This document shows, piece after piece, positions 48,282 through 57,439 of a stretch of 64,000 nucleotides of DNA. Position numbers and translations under genes: made by a program. The DNA comes from a virus, in the UHGV virus genome UHGV-2031204. One strand, 5' to 3'. The notes below the pieces were generated by a model that saw nothing but the letters and a program-made list of their open reading frames with translations, was not told the DNA's origin and made no database searches. How positions within the stretch are numbered: position 1 is the first letter of the stretch; each line of letters begins with the position of its first letter.

Positions 48282-49055
48282 ATGAAAGTCCATTTAGACG
48301 ACATCTTTAAAACCGAACCGTATATGATCGAAGGCCCGCTATCATCACTACTATTTGCCGATAGATTAGATCGTACGCTGCAATTACAATCGGTCGAAAC
48401 TGCACCCGTTGACGATGTAGAGCGTTACGAGCGCATCAACTATACGCGTGGTGAGTATCGTCGCTATAAGCCAAATTCACTAAGCATCAAGCTTTGGAAT
48501 GTGAGCACAGGTAAAGTATTAACTTATCGCGCTGTTGGTAGTTATTACATTCAACAAGCCAAAGAGTGGTTAGAAAAAGTTAAAGAACTGAACTTCGATC
48601 TACTGAGCAAAAAACTGCGCGATCATAACGCCAGTTTGCCGATACGTAATTATTTCTCCACGATTGAAAATAGTCGTTGTTTCGTTTCACGTGAAACCAC
48701 GATATTACCTGGGGATGATGTTCAGACAACACTAAAAGATGTGGTTGTGAAGAAAATCTTTCATGAATCTGAACACGTTGGATTTCGTATCTATTTAACG
48801 CATAAGAGACCATTTACCGTGATTCACGTTGTTACCGCACCCGAAGGCTCAGCGATTATTCGTGAACTTCCTGATGCTCGAGACCGTTGCCCTAATGAGC
48901 CGCTTTATTTAATGTCAGGAACAAAATCAACCGCGTTGATGTCCCGTTACAGCATGTTAGATGTTGTTGACGCTGCTATGAAACTAGGTTGGAAAGAAGT
49001 GCAGCAACATGGTAAACAATTGCTGTTTATTGCCGATGTAAAACTTAATCAATAG
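48282..49055 (+). CDS. Paralog-family protein D
   Basis: 257 aa; C-terminal AMKLGWKEVQQHGKQLLFIADV. Confidence 0.55.
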   Translation: MKVHLDDIFKTEPYMIEGPLSSLLFADRLDRTLQLQSVETAPVDDVERYERINYTRGEYRRYKPNSLSIKLWNVSTGKVLTYRAVGSYYIQQAKEWLEKVKELNFDLLSKKLRDHNASLPIRNYFSTIENSRCFVSRETTILPGDDVQTTLKDVVVKKIFHESEHVGFRIYLTHKRPFTVIHVVTAPEGSAIIRELPDARDRCPNEPLYLMSGTKSTALMSRYSMLDVVDAAMKLGWKEVQQHGKQLLFIADVKLNQ

Positions 49056-49067
49056 TGAGGTGGTACC

Positions 49068-49646
49068 GTGTACCGATTAATAGAAATGCGAAAAGACGTT
49101 TGGTTGGAAAACCTCGTCGATGGGGAGCTTGAGGGAATAGAGCTTTCCTTACCAGAAAGAGCGGACACGGTATTGGTCTTTCTGATAAAACAGGCAGCGA
49201 AGGAACCGGTAGGAATCTTCAGCGTGGACTATAAAGACCCACGAGGGATTCATTTACGGAACATTTGCAGTGGTTTAGAAAGCTTACCGGCTAATCCGTT
49301 CTTAAACTACGCAAAACGTAAACTCCAGCCAGGGCAACATCTCTGGGTAGTTCTAGCGCCTGATACACGCATTATACGTGACGACCAGACTGCGTTTGTC
49401 CAAGCAACGAAAGTCAGTTTGTACAATCCTAATGCGGATCGTACCGATATGCCGTTTACAATCACCTTAGAAGACGATGGAACGCAAGAGGGTATTGAGG
49501 CAATTACGGAATTAGTAAACTCTTATCCGGTAGCATCTATTGAGTTAGAAAACCCAAACCGATTACCGTTGGGTGATTTACTCGAATGGATTGAGCTGAA
49601 TACCGAGTTCCTCATTAACTCCCGGCAGTACCGGTTCGATGTATAA
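49068..49646 (+). CDS. Hypothetical protein
   Basis: 192-aa ORF, GTG start after RBS GAGGTGG. Confidence 0.45.
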   Translation: MYRLIEMRKDVWLENLVDGELEGIELSLPERADTVLVFLIKQAAKEPVGIFSVDYKDPRGIHLRNICSGLESLPANPFLNYAKRKLQPGQHLWVVLAPDTRIIRDDQTAFVQATKVSLYNPNADRTDMPFTITLEDDGTQEGIEAITELVNSYPVASIELENPNRLPLGDLLEWIELNTEFLINSRQYRFDV

Positions 49647-49650
49647 CATC

Positions 49651-49683
49651 GGTGGGGGTAAACCCCCACCTTTTATTTTTTTG
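49651..49683 (+). terminator. Rho-independent terminator
   Basis: GGTGGGGG-TAAA-CCCCCACC plus T-run. Confidence 0.7.
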
Positions 49684-49704
49684 TTCGTTAATATTAAAAA
49701 TAAT

Positions 49705-49747
49705 TTCAGATATATATTACTTAAGTGAGAGTACAAAAGCACTCACT
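49705..49747 (+). promoter_or_regulatory. Conserved promoter-like motif plus 5'-UTR hairpin (copy 4 of 4)
   Basis: TTTCAGATATATATTACTTAAGTGAGAGTACAAAAGCACTCAC; near-duplicate of 13205-13247. Confidence 0.5.
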
Positions 49748-49776
49748 TAACGAAAACCATTTTAGGAGAACTAAAG

Positions 49777-50148
49777 ATGAAAAACGAATTATTCAAAGAC
49801 CCGTTTGTTGTATTAATGATCGTTACTCGCGCTGCCACTAACCCAGAAAACCTGAAACGTTTACTTACTAACGAAGCATACCTTATCGAACAGCGTGACG
49901 CGCAGTTAGCCAAACCACACGCTGAAGGCCAGGCGAAAGACCTTATCTCTATTTTCCGTAACGAAGAATGGCGTAAAAACAACGAGCTGTCCGACAACCT
50001 GACGGTTGCAATTGCAAAACTCTTGACACTGTTCAATCTTGACAAAGACATTAACCAAAGCCTTTCTACAGAAGAGCGTCTGGAAATGATAAGAGGTATC
50101 GGAGATAGTTATACACAGATTAAAGCATTACCCAACACAGTTATTTAA
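49777..50148 (+). CDS. Hypothetical protein
   Basis: 123-aa ORF; RBS TAGGAGAA. Confidence 0.5.
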   Translation: MKNELFKDPFVVLMIVTRAATNPENLKRLLTNEAYLIEQRDAQLAKPHAEGQAKDLISIFRNEEWRKNNELSDNLTVAIAKLLTLFNLDKDINQSLSTEERLEMIRGIGDSYTQIKALPNTVI

Positions 50149-50194
50149 TTTCATAATTTGTGGGAACTTCCCCATAACCCGAAGGAGCATTTCA

Positions 50195-50656
50195 ATGAAA
50201 ACCTTTATCACTTTCTTAATAACTATTTTAACTTTCGGCCTCAATACTGCACACGCCGCTATCAACAGCTGGGAACAAATACAAAACCCTGGCCAGGCAG
50301 TTTACGAAATTGAAGACACCGCCGGAAACGGACTGTCTATCAACTGTGACACTGAAACTGCGAATCGCAAATTTTACGGTCGCATGGTTTGGTATTACGG
50401 GGAACCCGTAGGTGCAACTAACGCTGAAGATAACACGATGGATATTGTCGTAAACGGCAAGACCTATAACATCCCTACCGTGGACGGTAGTGACAAAGCA
50501 GAACACGCTTGGGTTGCTTTCGTTAATGCTATCGGTAATGCCAAAACTTTCAGTGTGAGTATCAATGGTAACGATGCCGCTAACTTTACCGTAGAAGGCG
50601 AACGTCTGTCTGAAACTTTCTTCCAGAACTGTGGACACACCCGTCCTAACAAATAA
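50195..50656 (+). CDS. Small secreted protein (signal peptide, 2 Cys)
   Basis: MKTFITFLITILTFGLNTAHA-AINSW; RBS GAAGGAG. Confidence 0.6.
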   Translation: MKTFITFLITILTFGLNTAHAAINSWEQIQNPGQAVYEIEDTAGNGLSINCDTETANRKFYGRMVWYYGEPVGATNAEDNTMDIVVNGKTYNIPTVDGSDKAEHAWVAFVNAIGNAKTFSVSINGNDAANFTVEGERLSETFFQNCGHTRPNK

Positions 50657-50684
50657 GTATTAATCTTTTTTAGAGTGCGTGAAA

Positions 50685-51071
50685 ATGAATATCAGAACTA
50701 TACTTTATACTATCATTATTTTCTGTGCGGTCGGAATTACTGGCACTTATGCTTTCGGTGATTCAGATGTCCGTTATTACGAACCGGCTCCTGACTCACC
50801 GATTATCAACCCGGATGAGACGCCTACGTTAATGCGCAGTTTCGGTAAACTGCAAGTTTATCGTTTAGTGCGTGGTGAAACCTGTACGGGTTTACTCATT
50901 GCTGACACCCGTGCACAAGTCTACCAACGTCTAACCGATATCGCCTGCGAACAACCAAAAGTAATGTCAGTTAGTATCCATCCGCTATCAGTTGGTAACT
51001 ATACCGCTGTGGACTTCTTTCACAACGCCGAATTAATCGGACGCGTTACCTTAAATCGTCCTGCCGAATAA
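50685..51071 (+). CDS. Small secreted protein (signal peptide, 2 Cys)
   Basis: MNIRTILYTIIIFCAVGITGTYA-FG; track start GTG 50679. Confidence 0.55.
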   Translation: MNIRTILYTIIIFCAVGITGTYAFGDSDVRYYEPAPDSPIINPDETPTLMRSFGKLQVYRLVRGETCTGLLIADTRAQVYQRLTDIACEQPKVMSVSIHPLSVGNYTAVDFFHNAELIGRVTLNRPAE

Positions 51072-51089
51072 TCTAAAGGAGTAGTTACA

Positions 51090-51575
51090 ATGAAACGTTT
51101 ACATACACTGATGTTCTTTCTGGTTTTCTTGTTTATCGGTGCCACGCCAACTGTAGATGCGGCCTCCGTAGACGAATTGCTTACCTGCGATGGAAACGCT
51201 TGGGAAGGTCAGCCAAATGCGTGCCCAAACATCAACGACTTGTACGATACCGATAAGTCGTTTAAAGCCGTTGTTGATAAAACACTAGACCCCGTAGGGC
51301 TGGATGGTATGTTCGGCTCTAAAGGTTACATGGATGGCCCTGGCGGTAACATGTATCCGGTAAACATCAACAACAAAATCTGGATTGAAAGCGGCGGTTG
51401 TAAAGCTAACGCTTGTGGTTGGGAATACATCGTAACGCTATACAACCCACACACTAAGAAACTCGTCGGCTATTACTACAACATCGACCCCGGTTACCTG
51501 ATTTGGTTCGGTGATATCGGTGTTGCCGAATTCGCTTACCTGGTTAAGAAATACGTAGAACAATCTAAATACTAA
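51090..51575 (+). CDS. Small secreted protein (signal peptide, 4 Cys)
   Basis: MKRLHTLMFFLVFLFIGATPTVDA; RBS AAAGGAG. Confidence 0.6.
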   Translation: MKRLHTLMFFLVFLFIGATPTVDAASVDELLTCDGNAWEGQPNACPNINDLYDTDKSFKAVVDKTLDPVGLDGMFGSKGYMDGPGGNMYPVNINNKIWIESGGCKANACGWEYIVTLYNPHTKKLVGYYYNIDPGYLIWFGDIGVAEFAYLVKKYVEQSKY

Positions 51576-51586
51576 GGACTTTTATC

Positions 51587-51997
51587 ATGAAAACTATCAT
51601 TAATACTCTTCTCATTGCAATGGCTGTTCTGTTCTCTGTCAACGCTACAGCAAAAACAATACAGTTGCCAGACAATATTAAGTACGTCAATAGCACCGAT
51701 GATTTCTATTGTACGGAAATTGACGGCTTGTACTGTCAGGCAAAGAGCCTGTTTAAATACAAAGGTAGCAGATACGTATTCATCGTTGAGCAAGGTGGTG
51801 CCTGGTGCTACGACAGCCCAATGTCCGTACTCAACCTCGAAACGTGGAAGGCTCAGCGTCTCGAATACAACGACAAACGTCTGTGCTCTGGTAATAACAA
51901 ACCATTCTTCGAAGTCGTAGATGGTGTGCCAATGGTAGGGATATTAGACACTTCGGAAAAACCTATCGTTGTAGCTATGGATAAACTTAAAATTTAA
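51587..51997 (+). CDS. Small secreted protein (signal peptide, 4 Cys)
   Basis: MKTIINTLLIAMAVLFSVNATA. Confidence 0.6.
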   Translation: MKTIINTLLIAMAVLFSVNATAKTIQLPDNIKYVNSTDDFYCTEIDGLYCQAKSLFKYKGSRYVFIVEQGGAWCYDSPMSVLNLETWKAQRLEYNDKRLCSGNNKPFFEVVDGVPMVGILDTSEKPIVVAMDKLKI

Positions 51998-52007
51998 GGA
52001 GTAACTC

Positions 52008-52397
52008 ATGCGTCTCGTCTGCGTTTTAGCATTCTTCTTCTCCCTGAGTGTAGCAGCATCTACCCAAGTTAACGATTTACTGCTAACCCCAAACAACAAT
52101 ACCGATTATCAGTACAATCCTCCGGGGTTTGAAGTTTGCGAAGTCGGTGAAACAATCTGCCAAGAAGTCGGCGCAGACGGGCGCTATATTCTGGTAAAAG
52201 CTGACGGTGGCACAATGTGTCCCGCAGGTTATTACTTTCTGCTCGATTCCGTCGCAAGAGAGGTTCTTCCTATCACCACGAAAACGTGCGACCCTACCGT
52301 TGTCTTAACTCTCGCTAAAAGTAAATCTCGCGACCGTTATCTGATCGTTATCGAAGAACGGGGCAAGATGGCGGGTGCTATTGAATTAGATCATTGA
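52008..52397 (+). CDS. Small secreted protein (signal peptide, 4 Cys)
   Basis: MRLVCVLAFFFSLSVAAS; RBS TAAGGAG. Confidence 0.6.
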   Translation: MRLVCVLAFFFSLSVAASTQVNDLLLTPNNNTDYQYNPPGFEVCEVGETICQEVGADGRYILVKADGGTMCPAGYYFLLDSVAREVLPITTKTCDPTVVLTLAKSKSRDRYLIVIEERGKMAGAIELDH

Positions 52398-52407
52398 GTG
52401 TAGTCTT

Positions 52408-52434
52408 GACCCCGGTACGTCCGGGGTCCTTTTT
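52408..52434 (+). terminator. Rho-independent terminator
   Basis: GACCCCGG-TACGT-CCGGGGTC then CTTTTT. Confidence 0.65.
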
Positions 52435-52463
52435 ACGACATGTTTACCTAAAGGAGTATTAAA

Positions 52464-52940
52464 ATGCAATTATCTAACGTTTACCAAGCTGCGCAATTTC
52501 ATCATGACCTGTCGGCTAAACCTGAACAAATTCGCCACAACTTAACGGTGGCCTGGAAACTGCTACGTATCGCCGAAGCCTCGCGCCTTAACGATCAGTC
52601 GACGATTATCGAAACGGTGCGCACACTACATCCAGTCGACCTGGAAACAATCTGGACCTTTGATTTAACCCGAATTTATCACCGTCGTTTTAATGCGGCA
52701 GTTGATGCAATCCGTCCTTACTTTCACCACCTGCGAACAACACGCGAAAATGATACCGCACTTGAGTGGGTGTTGGTACAAAGCGTATGGAGCGACTACA
52801 TTTATCTCCTTTCTTTAGAGACGGGTGAATGTATCGTTGCTAACGAAGTTTTTTCAAGTAACGCAGAAATGTATCGTTCCTACGCGACGATTAAAGGTGA
52901 AACACAACCTATTTTATCACTCACGCACTTAGGGCTGTAA
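52464..52940 (+). CDS. Hypothetical protein
   Basis: 158-aa ORF; RBS AAAGGAG. Confidence 0.5.
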   Translation: MQLSNVYQAAQFHHDLSAKPEQIRHNLTVAWKLLRIAEASRLNDQSTIIETVRTLHPVDLETIWTFDLTRIYHRRFNAAVDAIRPYFHHLRTTRENDTALEWVLVQSVWSDYIYLLSLETGECIVANEVFSSNAEMYRSYATIKGETQPILSLTHLGL

Positions 52941-52948
52941 TTAGCCCG

Positions 52949-52976
52949 GCCCCGTTTACTCGGGGCTTCTTTTTTT
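52949..52976 (+). terminator. Rho-independent terminator
   Basis: GCCCCG-TTTACT-CGGGGC plus T7. Confidence 0.65.
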
Positions 52977-52996
52977 GATCTAAAAGGAAAGACCAG

Positions 52997-53605
52997 ATGA
53001 ACGAAATTACATTAGTTCGTTTTCTTGAAGCGATGCAAAATGCAGAGCGCTTTTCGCACGCGCCTTTATTCATTGACTTAATGGAAGAAGAAGTAGAGGG
53101 CTTCCTGGCATACCCTCGCTTACGGGAGTATTTTAAACGTAAAACACCGACTGCTTACGAAAAGTTGGTTTACGCGCTTGAGAACAGTACAACATTGTTA
53201 ACGTCGCCTTTTAAGGCGTTGGAGGCTTTAGACCCGGCTGGTACCACAAGTATCCCACAACGTGTTGTGTTCTACTATATCGACCACGATCGAATTAAAG
53301 CCGATGTTGTTAACTGGATCTCTGAAAACGCAGTTCCTGAAACACGCACTTTTAATCTCTGTCCTGTAGAAGAAGGATGGAAGGTCGGTAGCCACTATTC
53401 TTACCCGTACCAATCCATTAAATCGCCGTTTTTATACCCGGTTTATCTGGATGATGTTACACCTGGAAATTGTATCCCGGTAACAAATCTGATCTGTACA
53501 TTGACGATGGAAGTCTTAGCCACAAAGGCGGGACAGGTTTGGGTAGAAAACACGAAGAACGTCGATTATTGGACTTCAATGGGTTATCACCTGTACACCA
53601 AATAA
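52997..53605 (+). CDS. Hypothetical protein (no Mre11/SbcD phosphoesterase motifs)
   Basis: 202-aa ORF; RBS AAAGGAAAG. Confidence 0.5.
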   Translation: MNEITLVRFLEAMQNAERFSHAPLFIDLMEEEVEGFLAYPRLREYFKRKTPTAYEKLVYALENSTTLLTSPFKALEALDPAGTTSIPQRVVFYYIDHDRIKADVVNWISENAVPETRTFNLCPVEEGWKVGSHYSYPYQSIKSPFLYPVYLDDVTPGNCIPVTNLICTLTMEVLATKAGQVWVENTKNVDYWTSMGYHLYTK

Positions 53606-53610
53606 CGTTT

Positions 53611-53653
53611 GGGAGAACCTTCGGGTTCTCCCTTTCTTTATTTTTTTCTTTTT
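53611..53653 (+). terminator. Rho-independent terminator
   Basis: GGGAGAACC-TTC-GGGTTCTCCC plus T-rich tract. Confidence 0.7.
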
Positions 53654-53683
53654 ACACCACACTCCGTCTTTATGGAGGTGGGT

Positions 53684-56188
53684 ATGCTAAAAGTTGAACG
53701 CATTATACTCAAAGGTTTTACGGGGATGGGATTACATGAAATTGAAACTTTCGATTTCACTATCCAGTCTCCAACAACAATTATCCTAGGTGGGAACGGT
53801 TGCGGGAAAACCAGTCTACTGTCTGTATTCTTACCCTTAGCACCGGCTAAAACTGAATTCAGAGACGGCGGTTCTTACACGAACTACTGTTTAGTTGGCG
53901 ATCAACGCTATCGTTTCAAAGTTGCCCGTAAAGGCAACTCTTTGGTTTGCGATATTGAGAACCTGACCACGGGGACAAAGATCGTCGAACAAGGCAATGC
54001 GAAAGTCTACAACTCCCGTGTTGAAGAAATCACGGGTATTACGAAAGAGATTAAAGAATTATTAAATGGTGAGGTGTTGTTAACTGATGCGGGAACCGAA
54101 CTACGTCGCAAGTGGTTTTACCGTTTAAGTACCTCTGACCTCACTTACGCGTTAGGGTTTTATCAACGTTTACGTAAAAACCTTACTGCCTTAAATGGGG
54201 GGATTGAAATCACCAGCCGTAAGATCGCCGAATTACGGACGCGTGTTATTGAGAACGAGGAAGAACGTCAGCAATTAGCGACGAGATTAAAAGGTTTGGA
54301 ATCGGATTTACGTGAACTGAACCGAGAAATCGAACAGTTGCCAGGATTAAATCGCGGCGTCACCATCGAAACAATCCAAGCGTCATTAAACAGCTTGGGT
54401 CCAACCATCGACGCAATATTACAACATCGTGGTGGTCTGCCTACTGATGAACAGATACAGGTCGCACGACAAAACGAGGCGACCGCCCGCGAAGCCGTCG
54501 TGTCTACTGAAACAGAGGTATCGATGTTGAATAAAGACTTGTCGCTATTGATGGATGAGTCGACACGACAAGACTACCTGATGCGGAATCACGAAGGTCT
54601 CAAGAATACACTGGCACGTTTACGTGAGTTACTTACCAAATGGGACACCGAGCATCTCTTTCCGGGTTTATTTAACGACAACGTCAATTTAGACCAACTT
54701 CGTGCGGCTACCGATGCGCGTGTCTGGGGGCAACGGTTAGGAACAACACTGGACGCAATTCATTCAACCGAAAAACTCAATGTTTTGGAAGAACGGCTTC
54801 TGGTGATGGATCAAAAAACCGCAGGGTTGCGGGATAGACTCCAGCGAGTGGAGAACGTTTTACAGAATTTAAATCACGAACGTAATCACTACTTAGAAAC
54901 AGCGGAAGTGGATTGCCCGCAGTGTCGGTTTAAGTTCCGTCCTGGTGTTACGCGTTCTTTACCTGAACTTGAGTCTTCGATTCGCGGACAACAACAGCAG
55001 CGCACGGAACTGCAAACGCAGTTAGAGACCTTATTACGCGATCGTGTTGAATTAGAATCTGATGTAACTTATATGCGGCAGGTTCGTGAGATTGTACTGA
55101 CGTATTCAAAGGACCCGGTATTGAGCATGTTCTTTAAGCGTTTGCAAGAACGTAACGTTTTCACAGAATCACGCGAGCAGTTCGGGAGTCTATGCGCAGC
55201 GTTTGACAGCGAGTTGTACTCTGCTATTGAGTACCATGAAACCCGTCAACGGTTAGTGAAGGCGGAAAAAGAATGGCAGGATGCCGTGGCGGCCGTTGGT
55301 AACGTCGATGGTGCTTTACAACAAAAAATCGCTTTCCAACAGTCACGATTAGGTAAAGCCACAGAGATGCTCTCAATGCGTCGTAGAGAGCACGAACTGG
55401 CTAACACGACACTTACCTATCTGGTGAATGTTAAACGTGCTGTAGATGATTTCAGTGCGTTATTCGAACGGTTAGAGAGTGATGTTAAGGTTACGTTGAC
55501 AAATACAGTCGTCGAGGAACTCTTACGTACACGAGAAGGGAAGCTGGATGCTTTTACAACCGCACGCGAACGTTATCGTCAAATGGAAAATGAATTGAAC
55601 CAGCTCAACAGTTTGGAACGCGAACTTGCTGACTTACAAGCCCAGCAGTTCAATAACAAACTGATGATTCAAGCCTTCTCGCCAGAAAAGGGTGTACTTA
55701 GAAAGTATTTTTACAACGCTATCGTTAGAATCACAGAGTTAATGACGCGTTATATCGAACAGGTCTGGACGTACCCCATGCGTGTTATGCCTTGTGATCT
55801 CACTGACGGCGATTTGGATTATACTTTTCCTGTCCAGCTAAAAACGCATCCTGAGCCTGTTCCTGACGTGCGTAAAGGGTCAAAGGCGCAGCGTGCGATA
55901 TTTAATCTGATGTTCAGACTGACTGCGTACAAAGCGCTGAAGTTGCATCAGTTTCCGTTGCTTTTGGACGAGCCTTCGGAGGGTATGGATGAGGAGCACC
56001 GTAACAACCTGGTCGGCTTTATTAAAACGTTAGCAAACTCAGGAGATTTTTCACAACTGTTGGTAGTCTCCCACGAAGCTGAGGTTCATTCTAAACTTAA
56101 TGAAGCATCGTACTGTGTCATCGAACCGGAAGGGGTGACATTACCTGCGGTGTATAACGAAGGAGTAAAAATTGTTTATGCAAACTGA
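53684..56188 (+). CDS. SbcC/Rad50-like SMC-family ATPase with coiled coil and CxxC zinc hook
   Basis: Walker A GGNGCGKTS; central CPQC; C-terminal LLLDEPSEGMD and VVSHE; ATG 53684 after RBS GGAGGTG (track start 53609 lies in the terminator). Confidence 0.75.
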   Translation: MLKVERIILKGFTGMGLHEIETFDFTIQSPTTIILGGNGCGKTSLLSVFLPLAPAKTEFRDGGSYTNYCLVGDQRYRFKVARKGNSLVCDIENLTTGTKIVEQGNAKVYNSRVEEITGITKEIKELLNGEVLLTDAGTELRRKWFYRLSTSDLTYALGFYQRLRKNLTALNGGIEITSRKIAELRTRVIENEEERQQLATRLKGLESDLRELNREIEQLPGLNRGVTIETIQASLNSLGPTIDAILQHRGGLPTDEQIQVARQNEATAREAVVSTETEVSMLNKDLSLLMDESTRQDYLMRNHEGLKNTLARLRELLTKWDTEHLFPGLFNDNVNLDQLRAATDARVWGQRLGTTLDAIHSTEKLNVLEERLLVMDQKTAGLRDRLQRVENVLQNLNHERNHYLETAEVDCPQCRFKFRPGVTRSLPELESSIRGQQQQRTELQTQLETLLRDRVELESDVTYMRQVREIVLTYSKDPVLSMFFKRLQERNVFTESREQFGSLCAAFDSELYSAIEYHETRQRLVKAEKEWQDAVAAVGNVDGALQQKIAFQQSRLGKATEMLSMRRREHELANTTLTYLVNVKRAVDDFSALFERLESDVKVTLTNTVVEELLRTREGKLDAFTTARERYRQMENELNQLNSLERELADLQAQQFNNKLMIQAFSPEKGVLRKYFYNAIVRITELMTRYIEQVWTYPMRVMPCDLTDGDLDYTFPVQLKTHPEPVPDVRKGSKAQRAIFNLMFRLTAYKALKLHQFPLLLDEPSEGMDEEHRNNLVGFIKTLANSGDFSQLLVVSHEAEVHSKLNEASYCVIEPEGVTLPAVYNEGVKIVYAN

Positions 56189-56357
56189 TTGGTTCCGTCG
56201 TTTTATGGACGCGGCGGGGTTTGGTTTCATGTCCATTCTAGCGGTTCTTTATGTCATGTTTTGCGTGGTGATGATTTTATGGGTAGTTTCATCTTATCTG
56301 ATTAAACTATCGTGGGGTTCAATTTGGCGTCAACGCGAATGCGAATGGCGGAATTAG
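56172..56357 (+). CDS. Small membrane protein (61 aa)
   Basis: Hydrophobic core FGFMSILAVLYVMFCVVMILWVVSSYLI; overlaps SbcC-like stop. Confidence 0.45.
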   Translation: MFMQTDWFRRFMDAAGFGFMSILAVLYVMFCVVMILWVVSSYLIKLSWGSIWRQRECEWRN

Positions 56358-56367
56358 GAGAGGGAAT

Positions 56368-56466
56368 ATGGTTGTAGGGGTTCTGTTAACACTTGGCTCG
56401 TTGTGGTTAATTGGTAAAGGTTTAAACTGGCTGATTAAACGTCACCGTTGGGCATTCGAAGATTAA
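56368..56466 (+). CDS. Tiny single-TM protein (32 aa)
   Basis: Strong RBS AGGAGAGGG; MVVGVLLTLGSLWLIGKGLNWLIKRHRWAFED; not in track. Confidence 0.4.
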   Translation: MVVGVLLTLGSLWLIGKGLNWLIKRHRWAFED

Positions 56467-56523
56467 CCACCCAAATAATCCAGAAGATACCCTCCGGTGT
56501 GAGGGTATTGATAGGAGCAGAAA

Positions 56524-56652
56524 ATGACCACGATAAACGCTACGAATGTAGCGATATCCGCACTATACGACGCGGAACTTTCATGGGGTGGGTTAATAAT
56601 CACCACAGCCATATTAGCCGCTGCGGCTTTCGTCATCGCGCGTTGGTTTTAA
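56524..56652 (+). CDS. Tiny single-TM protein (42 aa)
   Basis: RBS AGGAGCAG; …GGLIITTAILAAAAFVIARWF; not in track. Confidence 0.4.
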   Translation: MTTINATNVAISALYDAELSWGGLIITTAILAAAAFVIARWF

Positions 56653-56683
56653 TTTTACTTTTTTGCGTCTCTAAGGTTTGCAA

Positions 56684-57127
56684 ATGGAAATTTATTTGTT
56701 GAACGCATCTTCTAAAGTCGGCGAACGACAAGCTGCCGATTTACTCAAACTGCACTACCGTTACTTAGACCACCAGGCCACGTTACTGAAAATCAAAATG
56801 TCGGTGCCGAAGTTAAATGCGCGACAGCTGATCGAAGGTAACTGCATAGTTCTGGTGTATCAGGATGATGTCGCGGTAGGATACTGTAGTTATCGGAATC
56901 GTAACGGTTCACTTAAGATACGTTCGGTATACGTGCTCCCAGACTATCGTCAACGGGGTGTAATGAAAGAGATTTTCAAAGCAATTGCAGCTGATGAGGT
57001 TTTCGGCGAGATTGTTACTGGCATGTATGCGAAATGTAAAGAAGCAAAAGAGTATTTCATCCGACGCGGCTATCAAGCGGTTTACTCACGCGATCGTGAG
57101 TGGGTCGATTTTAGCAAAACATTCTAA
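56684..57127 (+). CDS. GNAT-family N-acetyltransferase-like protein
   Basis: VYVLPDYRQRGVMKEIF resembles the GNAT acetyl-CoA-binding motif. Confidence 0.55.
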   Translation: MEIYLLNASSKVGERQAADLLKLHYRYLDHQATLLKIKMSVPKLNARQLIEGNCIVLVYQDDVAVGYCSYRNRNGSLKIRSVYVLPDYRQRGVMKEIFKAIAADEVFGEIVTGMYAKCKEAKEYFIRRGYQAVYSRDREWVDFSKTF

Positions 57128-57193
57128 AAACAATAAAGCTCTCTTGGCGTACCTCACTATGAGTGTGAGAAATTTACGTCAGGAGAGCTAATT

Positions 57194-57439
57194 ATGTTAA
57201 AATCGTACGGAGTGGGTGGTTTGGATACGAGTATTTGTTGGAAGGAATACGAACGTGCGAAAGCGTTCTTACAGCATCCCAATGTAGGGACAATAGGTAA
57301 GGTCTGTTTCGGCAAACCTTCACTGACGGCTTGTATCCAAGGGGCTTTAGGGACGTTGCCACCCGAATCACATTTCGAGCCTGAGGAGAATATGAATGTT
57401 CACAGAGAACCCATCAATTTACGGTATACCGTTGAATGA
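57194..57439 (+). CDS. Hypothetical protein
   Basis: 81-aa ORF; RBS AGGAGAG. Confidence 0.45.
   Translation: MLKSYGVGGLDTSICWKEYERAKAFLQHPNVGTIGKVCFGKPSLTACIQGALGTLPPESHFEPEENMNVHREPINLRYTVE

Noticed and set aside
52997-53605. Gene upstream of the SbcC-like ATPase as its Mre11/SbcD nuclease partner
   Set aside because: No phosphoesterase motifs visible in the 202-aa product.
53609-53683. N-terminal extension of the SbcC-like ORF from track start 53609
   Set aside because: The extension overlaps the upstream terminator hairpin; the ATG at 53684 has a strong RBS and starts right at the conserved ATPase N-terminus.
56448-56702. 84-aa track ORF
   Set aside because: No RBS and a compositionally odd product; two short membrane-protein ORFs with strong RBSs occupy the same DNA in other frames.
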